DNA from: a virus
Taxonomy: Duplodnaviria > Caudoviricetes
Length of the DNA: 26,006 nucleotides
Reading direction: 5' to 3' (one strand)
IMG/VR virus record: IMGVR_UViG_3300042363_001649
Coordinates: 1 to 26,006 of that record
In this document: piece after piece, positions 1 to 6,673 of the stretch
How positions within the stretch are numbered: the first letter of the stretch is position 1
Layout: each line of letters begins with the position of its first letter
Program-made: the position numbers and the translations under genes
The notes under the pieces: generated by a model
Seen by the model: only the letters and a program-made list of their open reading frames with translations
Told to the model about the DNA's origin: nothing
Databases searched by the model: none

Positions 1-1
1 C

Positions 2-64
2 TCCGATCGCGGCGTAGCGAGCGTAGTTAGCGGCTGGGATAGTATCGGCGATCCTCCCTACTAA
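2..64 (+). CDS. 3' end of an upstream small early ORF (partial)
   Basis: Open frame ...SDRGVASVVSGWDSIGDPPY* ends with TAA at 62-64, just before the first GGAAC motif copy, as the other cassettes do. Confidence 0.4.
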   Translation, partial: SDRGVASVVSGWDSIGDPPY

Positions 65-87
65 AGGAACACTGATACAATACACAT

Positions 88-243
88 ATGGAAACGATCT
101 ACAATGTTAAAGTACGTACAAACGATGACGATGCATTCACTGTCTATCATTTCGATGAAGAAGGTGCCAGGGAGTGCGTTTTTGATTACTTATCGCAAGG
201 CTTTACGGTCACTATAGTAACTGAAACTTCAGAGGAACTCTAA
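88..243 (+). CDS. Small acidic hypothetical early protein (51 aa, METIYNVKVRTNDDDAF...TSEEL)
   Basis: Translated by hand; ATG 5 nt after motif copy 1; stop TAA lies inside motif copy 2. Confidence 0.75.
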   Translation: METIYNVKVRTNDDDAFTVYHFDEEGARECVFDYLSQGFTVTIVTETSEEL

Positions 244-255
244 TATACTAATAGT

Positions 256-510
256 ATGACCAACAGATTCGACAAACTAGAATGGCTCCATGATAACTGC
301 ACAGAGAAGCACATGAAGGAAATGTTCCTTACTGAGCTGGTAGGCTGGCTAGAGGAAGATGACTTCAACAAGTTCTTCGAGCATCACTGTAGAGTATGGA
401 ACATCGAGACACCCTTTGATGAGGATGAGGATGATTGTCCAAATGAGTTTATCGTCAATGATGATGAAATGGTTCCAGTGTCTACGCAATCGGAATGGAA
501 GGAACTCTGA
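256..510 (+). CDS. Acidic hypothetical early protein (84 aa)
   Basis: ORF track; ATG 5 nt after motif copy 2; stop TGA inside copy 3; very D/E-rich C-terminus. Confidence 0.85.
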   Translation: MTNRFDKLEWLHDNCTEKHMKEMFLTELVGWLEEDDFNKFFEHHCRVWNIETPFDEDEDDCPNEFIVNDDEMVPVSTQSEWKEL

Positions 511-522
511 TATACTAACGAC

Positions 523-690
523 ATGACCAACACCGCCGATAAGCTGAATGCTCTGATGAAGCGAGTCTACGATCTCGAGGACCTCTTCGAGACTGCCAAA
601 GCCGAAGACGATCGCTGGACAGCAAACATGTGCTTGCTTGAGCTCGATGAGATCAACGCTACGCTAGATAAACTCGAAACGGAACACTGA
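523..690 (+). CDS. Small helical hypothetical early protein (55 aa, MTNTADKLNALMKRVYDLEDLF...LETEH)
   Basis: Translated by hand; ATG 5 nt after motif copy 3; stop TGA inside copy 4. Confidence 0.8.
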   Translation: MTNTADKLNALMKRVYDLEDLFETAKAEDDRWTANMCLLELDEINATLDKLETEH

Positions 691-766
691 TACAATAAGG
701 CATCGCAAGAAGCGATAACAAAACAACAAACAATCCACCAAAGGAACACCAATAGAATAAGACATC

Positions 767-1144
767 ATGACAAAATACACATTCAAGACCATCGTTGCAC
801 CAGAAGCAGTCCGCGCTGAATTCACCGCTCTTCGCGATCAGCTCAACTCATCAGATAAGGAACTTATGCAAGCGTTCTGGAACATCGCCATTGATCGTCT
901 CGATGACATCAAGAAGGAAGTAGAGATGCTTCAAGCCTCTACCGCACGAGCGCGCGCTGAGAAGCAAGAGATCAAAGCTGCTGCTAAGCTGAAGAAGGCT
1001 CCTAAAGCTAAGAAAGAGAAGAAGGTCACTAAGGTAGCCGCCAAGAAGGCTCCAAAGAAGAAAGCTGTGAAAGCTAGTAAGGTTACTAAGGTTGTCGATG
1101 ATGAGGATGGTCTCGAGTGCGTAGTGGTGGACGCCACTCGATAA
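767..1144 (+). CDS. Hypothetical protein with a Lys/Ala-rich, histone H1-like C-terminal region (possible DNA-binding protein)
   Basis: KAAAKLKKAPKAKKEKKVTKVAAKKAPKKKAVKASK tract; preceded by two tandem motif copies (681, 743). Confidence 0.75.
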   Translation: MTKYTFKTIVAPEAVRAEFTALRDQLNSSDKELMQAFWNIAIDRLDDIKKEVEMLQASTARARAEKQEIKAAAKLKKAPKAKKEKKVTKVAAKKAPKKKAVKASKVTKVVDDEDGLECVVVDATR

Positions 1145-1147
1145 GTG

Positions 1148-1185
1148 AAGGAGCTGAGCATCTCTCAAAACTGCTCAATCCTTTT
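1148..1185 (+). terminator. Stem-loop after the H1-like gene (terminator or small pseudoknot)
   Basis: TGAGCA 1155-1160 pairs with TGCTCA 1172-1177; AAGGA 1148-1152 pairs with TCCTT 1179-1183, followed by TT. Confidence 0.45.
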
Positions 1186-1207
1186 AGTAACACCGATACA
1201 ATAAGGT

Positions 1208-1366
1208 ATGGCACACAAAGTAACCGTTTACTCTAACTGGGAGAAGACCTCAGTGCATGAGTTTGAAACACTAGAGGAAGCTGAGCGGTTCGCTCAAGAG
1301 ATGAAAGACCATCAATACTCTGTATTCATCGATGTGATCGATATCGAGACTGGAGAGGAACTCTGA
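1208..1366 (+). CDS. Small acidic hypothetical early protein (52 aa, MAHKVTVYSNWEK...IETGEEL)
   Basis: Translated by hand; ATG 4 nt after motif copy 6; stop TGA inside copy 7. Confidence 0.8.
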   Translation: MAHKVTVYSNWEKTSVHEFETLEEAERFAQEMKDHQYSVFIDVIDIETGEEL

Positions 1367-1378
1367 TACAATAACCAT

Positions 1379-1546
1379 ATGACCAACACAATCATCGCAT
1401 ACATCGCCGTTATCATCCTCTGCATCATCGCCTGGGCTGGAGCCTCAGCCATCGAAGCCTCTACCTACTCACGCTTGACCGGTAAGCAGGTAACTGTCTT
1501 CGACGCTATGTTTATCGACCTCCGAGTCGTTGACGGAGTCAAGTAA
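1379..1546 (+). CDS. Small membrane protein (55 aa, MTNTIIAYIAVIILCIIAWAGASA...)
   Basis: Translated by hand; N-terminal hydrophobic helix; ATG 5 nt after copy 7; TAA abuts copy 8. Confidence 0.8.
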   Translation: MTNTIIAYIAVIILCIIAWAGASAIEASTYSRLTGKQVTVFDAMFIDLRVVDGVK

Positions 1547-1567
1547 GGAGCCATCATACGATAAGGT

Positions 1568-1654
1568 ATGAAAGAGATCCTCGGAGTCCTTATCGATATC
1601 ATCATTTGCATCGGACTAGTTATCTTCATCCGGACGATGAACGGTAGCTGGTAA
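1568..1654 (+). CDS. Membrane micropeptide (28 aa, MKEILGVLIDIIICIGLVIFIRTMNGSW)
   Basis: Translated by hand; single transmembrane-like helix; ATG 4 nt after copy 8; TAA abuts copy 9. Confidence 0.65.
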   Translation: MKEILGVLIDIIICIGLVIFIRTMNGSW

Positions 1655-1678
1655 GGAACACCAATACAATAAGACATC

Positions 1679-1882
1679 ATGCACGACCAACCAATCAACA
1701 ACAACTACCTCGCCGGCTATCTCGAACAAGCATTCAAGACCTTTCATCATGTACTCGAACGAGAGGCTATCATCAAGTGGAACAGTCCAGAGTATAAGAA
1801 GGTAATGGACTTGATCGCTAGAGAGCTTAAAAGAGCTCATGAAGCTGAAAGAGGATTTACTAAGGACGTTTTCAATCGGTAG
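1679..1882 (+). CDS. Hypothetical early protein (67 aa)
   Basis: ORF track; ATG 7 nt after motif copy 9. Confidence 0.8.
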   Translation: MHDQPINNNYLAGYLEQAFKTFHHVLEREAIIKWNSPEYKKVMDLIARELKRAHEAERGFTKDVFNR

Positions 1883-1889
1883 TGGTCAT

Positions 1890-2125
1890 GAGAGAGATCC
1901 GGGCACTAGGAGAGCGTGGGGGCTCCTTAGAGAGCCCGGGTCTCTGAGACAACGCCGCGTCTAGAGACACCCAGCGCTCCTAAATGCCTCCTATAGAGAG
2001 AGGTTTAGAAACAAAAGAGTAGCCATGTCTCCAAAAATTTTTTGCTATATCCTCGGAGTCTCCAATAAGCGCAGTTCCTCGGAAATTTTTTTTGCGCGGA
2101 TTCTGAGACTTCTATATAGGGGTCT
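1890..2125. other. GC-rich structured non-coding region with inverted and direct repeats and A/T tracts
   Basis: 12-bp stem 1893-1904/1934-1945; alternative stem 1902-1920/1970-1988; direct repeats GTCTCCAA (2027, 2058), TCCTCGGA (2050, 2076) and AAAT(n)GC (2035, 2083). Confidence 0.6.
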
Positions 2126-2140
2126 GACTAAATAAGATGA

Positions 2141-2485
2141 GTGAGATATAAGAAATATAATGTAGATTTAGGAGACATTACTAAGTCTAATGTTCTTCCT
2201 GATCTTTCAAGCATTCATAATAATCTTTTAGAAGATAGCGAGTACCTTAGAAAAGAAGCAATGCTTGATGGTATTGTCGTATACAGAGCTAGAAATCCGT
2301 TTAGTAAACTTATTAGTATGCACTTACCAGAAGATCATCCTGCGTTTAATTTTGATATAGGTGTATCGTCTTGCTTTAAGCGTTATTTTCAGCCATCTAC
2401 AAGAGATATAGAGAGACACGGAGATATAAGAGATCTTTTATTTAGATACATAGTACATCCTTTATTCAATAGCCTTAAAAAATGA
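2141..2485 (+). CDS. Hypothetical protein, MRYK/HPLFN paralog family member 1
   Basis: GTG start 6 nt after GACTAAATA (2126-2134); LPEDHPAFN and IVHPLFN motifs. Confidence 0.75.
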   Translation: MRYKKYNVDLGDITKSNVLPDLSSIHNNLLEDSEYLRKEAMLDGIVVYRARNPFSKLISMHLPEDHPAFNFDIGVSSCFKRYFQPSTRDIERHGDIRDLLFRYIVHPLFNSLKK

Positions 2486-2518
2486 GGCATCCATATAAGG
2501 CGACTAAATATAGAGGTA

Positions 2519-2980
2519 GTGAGGTATAAGCAATCATATATCGACTTTGATAACAGAACCATAACATCTGCAAATGTATTGCCGGTTGCTCTAGATGATA
2601 CATCAGGAGTTATAGTAGTTCAAGAAGATGGTAGGGTTATTCTTCCTAGAGATACTAGGAATATGGCTAATACTAGGCCATTCTGCTTAATTAGAATGCC
2701 AGAGAGTACTGATAAGCCTATAGAAACAGAATATAGGTATTTAAACCATAAACACTATGCTACTAGTTTTAAGATAGAAGACGGTTTATACTTCGATTAT
2801 CTAGAAGGAATGCTTCAGGATGAGAATGATGGATGGCTCTATGCAGCTGAATATCATCCTCTCTTTAATGTAGATATGTTAGAGAGGCTTATAAACGGAG
2901 CTCGTAATTTATATACATCTGTACGTCCTCTGATAAATAAGATAGATAAGATCAAAAGTAGTATAGACAATGAGATATAA
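2519..2980 (+). CDS. Hypothetical protein, MRYK/HPLFN paralog family member 2
   Basis: GTG start 8 nt after GACTAAATA (2502-2510); RPFCL, IEDGLYFD and AEYHPLFN motifs. Confidence 0.8.
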   Translation: MRYKQSYIDFDNRTITSANVLPVALDDTSGVIVVQEDGRVILPRDTRNMANTRPFCLIRMPESTDKPIETEYRYLNHKHYATSFKIEDGLYFDYLEGMLQDENDGWLYAAEYHPLFNVDMLERLINGARNLYTSVRPLINKIDKIKSSIDNEI

Positions 2981-3443
2981 AGCTTATATAATTGGAGAAG
3001 ATTTCGGTCCGGATTGGTTAGTATATTATGAGACTGAGATTGCTGTTCCAAGCCGTGGTGGTGGTGTTTATACAGTAGATGGAAGCGGTCATGTAATAAA
3101 TTATAGAGATGATGGTTTTAGGCCTTATCCTTATTGTCTGGATAATATGTTCAAGAGAAAGTATCCAGATAAAATAAGAGCTAGAAATGGTTATGGAATG
3201 AAGGTTGATTGTTATAGATTAGATGATGGTATATTTTTCGATAATAATACTGAAGAGTTTAATGACTATACCGTCTATATACCAGAGACGCATCCTCTCT
3301 TTAATTTATCGTTCTTCGATCTTCCACACACAATAGATAACTTAGTACCTGATTATACAACAGCTAAGATAGCCGGTAAGTTGTGGCATAGTGTATCTGA
3401 TCCTCTGCTGAATAAGATAAGCGATACTGTACAACCTTCCTAA
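2970..3443 (+). CDS. Hypothetical protein, MRYK/HPLFN paralog family member 3
   Basis: YPYCL, LDDGIFFD, IPETHPLFN and PLLNKI motifs shared with member 2. Confidence 0.8.
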   Translation: MRYKAYIIGEDFGPDWLVYYETEIAVPSRGGGVYTVDGSGHVINYRDDGFRPYPYCLDNMFKRKYPDKIRARNGYGMKVDCYRLDDGIFFDNNTEEFNDYTVYIPETHPLFNLSFFDLPHTIDNLVPDYTTAKIAGKLWHSVSDPLLNKISDTVQPS

Positions 3444-3452
3444 TCTAAGACT

Positions 3453-4118
3453 ATGATTAACACTCTTGTAATATCTGATATTCACTTAGGATCATCGGTA
3501 TGTGATAGAGATAAGGTTCTTCAGATATTATCAACTCCCTTTAAGACTCTAATTATAAACGGAGATCTCTTTGACAATCACTCATTTAAGAGATACAATA
3601 AGAAGGATTGGAAGATCTTATCTAAGATACGTAAGCTATCAAAGACACACAGTGTGATATTAGTTGAGGGTAATCACGATGGATGTGCTGATTTCTTAGC
3701 AGCTATCACTGGTATGGAGTTCGTATCAGAGTATTCTTTTACTATCGATAATATGAAGTATCACTGCGAGCACGGTGACGCTTACGATCACTGGATCAAA
3801 TATAAACCAATCTCCACATTTATCTTTACAGGCATCTATTATTGGATACAGAAATTCGATAAGAGACATATTATTACACGGAGGTTAAAAGCATGGTCTA
3901 AGTCATGGGTAAAGGCTAAAGATCTAGTATCTCGAAGATTCCTAGACAAGAGAGGCGGTTCGTACGATGTGCTCATAGCTGGACACACCCACTACCCGGA
4001 GACTATTTATTCACGAGCGGCATGCTGCTATTATGTGAATACCGGATCGTTCTGCGATGAGCGGTGCTCTTATGTAGTAATAAATGACGATGGTTCTTTT
4101 GATTTGAAATATATCTGA
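3453..4118 (+). CDS. Calcineurin-like metallophosphoesterase, LpxH/COG2908-like
   Basis: SDIHLG, NGDLFD, GNHD, HGD, GHTH and NTGSF motifs in canonical order. Confidence 0.85.
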   Translation: MINTLVISDIHLGSSVCDRDKVLQILSTPFKTLIINGDLFDNHSFKRYNKKDWKILSKIRKLSKTHSVILVEGNHDGCADFLAAITGMEFVSEYSFTIDNMKYHCEHGDAYDHWIKYKPISTFIFTGIYYWIQKFDKRHIITRRLKAWSKSWVKAKDLVSRRFLDKRGGSYDVLIAGHTHYPETIYSRAACCYYVNTGSFCDERCSYVVINDDGSFDLKYI

Positions 4119-4131
4119 CTAAATATAGAAA

Positions 4132-4533
4132 GTGAGATACAAAATATACGGTGATGATATATTTGCTTATGAGCCACCTTTTGTTAGATCTTTAGATATA
4201 ACAGATGAGATGGATGAGTATGATATTATCAATTATATAAATAAGTTTTGGAAAGTGCGTCATTACTATGATACAGCAAAAGGTGAGGAAAAAAATCCTA
4301 AGCTTATTATTGGTAGTGATAAGGATGGCTGTTTAACTCTCTTCTTAAAAACTGATGCATCTTTAAGAAGGTTAGGAATATTATTACCTGAAACACACCC
4401 TCTCTTTAACCACTACACTCTATGGAGTGCAAGATTTAAATTTGACGTGTCAAGACGACGTAATTTATTTACTGATTCTCCGATAAAATATTTTACTGAT
4501 CAAATACAACAATTCGTATATGATAACATTTAA
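4132..4533 (+). CDS. Hypothetical protein, MRYK/HPLFN paralog family member 4
   Basis: GTG start 6 nt after GACTAAATA (4117-4125); LPETHPLFN motif. Confidence 0.8.
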   Translation: MRYKIYGDDIFAYEPPFVRSLDITDEMDEYDIINYINKFWKVRHYYDTAKGEEKNPKLIIGSDKDGCLTLFLKTDASLRRLGILLPETHPLFNHYTLWSARFKFDVSRRRNLFTDSPIKYFTDQIQQFVYDNI

Positions 4534-5008
4534 GCAATATATTCTATTTAAGGAGAGCCTTATAACTATGGCTCAAGGTAAGTTTATACCCGCAAAAGAT
4601 CTGCTGTTAAATAACAATTTAAATGAACTTCCTGAAACTAAGCCTTATGGTTTTTGGACAGATAGGTCAGGCAATTTTAAAGATGTTTACATGACGGGAC
4701 CAAAAAACAATGGTGGACATGCTGGTGTAGCAAGAGAGATTATCGAGGCAGCTATAAACTATAAAGATGATCACGGAGGAATGACTCCTGAAGAAGAGGA
4801 TAAACTTGTAAGTGCACTAGCTCCTGGAAAATTCGGAGGAGTTTATAATGTGCTACTTAGCTCAGGCTTTATGCATGTAGTATTGGCTGGTAATACATAT
4901 TACTATAAAACAAATTCAGGTGCTCCCACGCCAGGTCAAAAGAAGTTCCTAAACACTCTAACTGAACAATACGCAACGCCAATCGAATACGCTTCAGAGA
5001 TATTTTAA
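4520..5008 (+). CDS. Hypothetical protein
   Basis: 162-aa ORF; the N-terminus MITFKQYILFKE resembles the 'MxxFKxY/F..E' leaders common in T4-like phage proteins. Confidence 0.75.
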   Translation: MITFKQYILFKESLITMAQGKFIPAKDLLLNNNLNELPETKPYGFWTDRSGNFKDVYMTGPKNNGGHAGVAREIIEAAINYKDDHGGMTPEEEDKLVSALAPGKFGGVYNVLLSSGFMHVVLAGNTYYYKTNSGAPTPGQKKFLNTLTEQYATPIEYASEIF

Positions 5009-5049
5009 AGTCCCTCCGCTCTTTAGCGGGGACTACCTTAGGACAAACT

Positions 5050-5090
5050 AAACGTGCTAGTGAGAGTCGTGCCTCCTAGCACGTTTTTTT
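5050..5090 (+). terminator. Rho-independent terminator, probably bidirectional between convergent genes
   Basis: AAACGTGCTAG 5050-5060 pairs with CTAGCACGTTT 5076-5086, followed by a T-run. Confidence 0.75.
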
Positions 5091-5274
5091 ATTCAGTCTT
5101 AAGTTTAGCTTCCTCTAGCTCTGCTTTAGTAACATGCAACTTACACTTACCGTACTGAAAGAATACTTTATCTCCTTCTTTACGTGTAATAGTAATATAA
5201 TCCTCCCCAAACCCGCAATTTAAATTTGCTAGCTCTGCTTTAAATTCAGCATTAATATAAACCTTTTCGTTCAT
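5089..5274 (-). CDS. Hypothetical protein (61 aa)
   Basis: ORF track; TATAAT 7 nt upstream of the ATG on the - strand. Confidence 0.65.
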   Translation of the reverse strand: MNEKVYINAEFKAELANLNCGFGEDYITITRKEGDKVFFQYGKCKLHVTKAELEEAKLKTE

Positions 5275-5354
5275 CTGTACTATTATATATTCAGTAATTT
5301 AATTTTAAACTCTAATATTATTGATTTTTTTGAAAAATATATTAATCTTTTTTT

Positions 5355-5477
5355 ATGAAGATTCCTAAAAAAGAAGTTAAGTCTATTAAAAGACCTGGTA
5401 TCCATGCCAAAGCTAAAACCTCTCATCTCAAGCAATCAAAGAACTATAAAAAGAAGTATAGAGGTCAAGGCAAGTAA
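5355..5477 (+). CDS. Small basic protein (40 aa) ending in YKKKYRGQGK
   Basis: Translated by hand: MKIPKKEVKSIKRPGIHAKAKTSHLKQSKNYKKKYRGQGK*; C-terminal YRGQG recalls a small conserved T4-like phage protein; stop lies 1 nt before the thyX ATG. Confidence 0.75.
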   Translation: MKIPKKEVKSIKRPGIHAKAKTSHLKQSKNYKKKYRGQGK

Positions 5478-5478
5478 T

Positions 5479-6129
5479 ATGATGGTAAAATTCATCGATA
5501 AGATGGGGTCGGACCTATCAGTAGTTAATGCTGCAAGAGTATCTTTCGATAAGGTATCAGAGCTTAGCGAAGATGGATCTCTCAAGTCTGGTGACGAGAG
5601 GCTTATTGCTTTTCTAGCTAGAGAGAATCACTGGACTCCATTCGGTCACGCCTCTCTTTCGTTTCACATTAAAGCTCCTATATTTGTAGCGAGACAGTTA
5701 GTTAAGCATACCGTAGGGTTGGTTTGGAATGAAGTAAGTCGTAGGTATGTAGATTCAGCTCCCGAGTTTTACATGCCTACGAGGTGGCGTAGAAAGAACG
5801 AAGATAAAAAGCAGGGTTCTCATGAAGATCAATTTGTAGATTTGAGTTATTCTGAAGAGCAAGAATTTCATAATATTATGAACAAATGTCAAGATCTATA
5901 TGAAAATTTCCTCGATATTGGCATTTGTGCTGAACAAGCTAGAATGATTCTTCCTCAGAATACCATGACTGAGTGGTACTGGTCAGGCTCACTTCATGCT
6001 TTTGCTCGTGTTTGTAATCTTAGATGTAAGAAAGATACACAAAAGGAAACGAGGGATGTAGCTAATCAAATTGATAAAATAGCGCAAGAACATTTCCCTA
6101 TTAGCTGGAAGTATCTTAGATCTCATTAA
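5479..6129 (+). CDS. thyX: FAD-dependent thymidylate synthase ThyX
   Basis: MGSDLSVVNAARVSF, HWTPFGH, APIFVARQLVKH, WNEVSRRY, EQARMILPQ and TQKETR motifs; start reassigned from 5404 to 5479 because the extension overlaps the 5355 ORF. Confidence 0.95.
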   Translation: MMVKFIDKMGSDLSVVNAARVSFDKVSELSEDGSLKSGDERLIAFLARENHWTPFGHASLSFHIKAPIFVARQLVKHTVGLVWNEVSRRYVDSAPEFYMPTRWRRKNEDKKQGSHEDQFVDLSYSEEQEFHNIMNKCQDLYENFLDIGICAEQARMILPQNTMTEWYWSGSLHAFARVCNLRCKKDTQKETRDVANQIDKIAQEHFPISWKYLRSH

Positions 6130-6201
6130 GTTATTTAGAAAAAAATATATTTTTTTCAATTATATAAATAGAATTAATTTATTACTATAATAAATAATCT
6201 T

Positions 6202-6411
6202 ATGTTAAAAAGACTATCTGAAAATGAAGTACAGCTTTGTGGTCGTGGTAAGTGCTGCCCTATTATTACTAAACTAGATGACGGTAATTATGAAGTACTT
6301 GATGACTATGGTAATAAGATCAAGGTAAAGAAAGAGGAACTAGAAATGGTATCAGACGCAGTCAAGACTCTCGATACTCCCGTGATTGAGGAAAAGCTTA
6401 TCTGTGGCTGA
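6202..6411 (+). CDS. Small Cys-containing hypothetical protein
   Basis: CGRGKCCP motif; TAAATA 5 nt before the ATG. Confidence 0.75.
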   Translation: MLKRLSENEVQLCGRGKCCPIITKLDDGNYEVLDDYGNKIKVKKEELEMVSDAVKTLDTPVIEEKLICG

Positions 6412-6673
6412 TTTAATTCTATATTCTGTTTCCTGTATAGGCCTATGCTTTATTTTAAAGTATGGGTCTATACTATCTTACTTTAGAAACAAATTAACTA
6501 GCTATAGCGAATACTTGAAAGAACTCTTTTCTTGTTCGTTATGTTTAGGTTTTTGGTCTGGTTTAATAATAGGTATGCTAAGCCCGTATAGTCCTATTAT
6601 TTTTTGTACTTACGGCGCTGCAATCTGTTGGTATGCAGACTTTTTGTTAGATTGGGTTGATAAAAAAAATTAA
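6404..6673 (+). CDS. Small membrane protein with a CxxC motif (DUF1360-like)
   Basis: Hydrophobic helices and ELFSCSLCLGFW; GTG start at 6404 overlaps the upstream stop. Confidence 0.65.
   Translation: MADLILYSVSCIGLCFILKYGSILSYFRNKLTSYSEYLKELFSCSLCLGFWSGLIIGMLSPYSPIIFCTYGAAICWYADFLLDWVDKKN

Larger units (their letters stand above)
66..1671 (+). promoter_or_regulatory. Nine copies of a 17-nt putative early promoter motif, GGAAC-N4-ATA(C/T)A(A/C)TA, containing a sigma70-like -10 hexamer
   Basis: Copies: 66-82 GGAACACTGATACAATA; 234-250 GGAACTCTAATATACTA; 501-517 GGAACTCTGATATACTA; 681-697 GGAACACTGATACAATA; 743-759 GGAACACCAATAGAATA; 1187-1203 GTAACACCGATACAATA; 1357-1373 GGAACTCTGATACAATA; 1547-1563 GGAGCCATCATACGATA; 1655-1671 GGAACACCAATACAATA. 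Eight of nine are followed by ATG after 4-7 nt. Confidence 0.85.

Noticed and set aside
66-1671. Repeated motif as a CRISPR array or integron attC cassette array
   Set aside because: Repeats are 17 nt, degenerate and non-palindromic; they are spaced about 60-440 nt apart and separated by ORFs; no cas gene, integrase or attC-like structure is visible
567-1840. Minus-strand ORFs 567-752, 851-1168, 931-1161, 1465-1704 and 1616-1840
   Set aside because: Antisense shadows of + strand cassette genes that have promoter-linked starts
5404-5478. N-terminal extension of ThyX in the ORF track
   Set aside because: Overlaps a better-supported 40-aa ORF; ThyX similarity begins at MMVKFIDKMGSD (5479)
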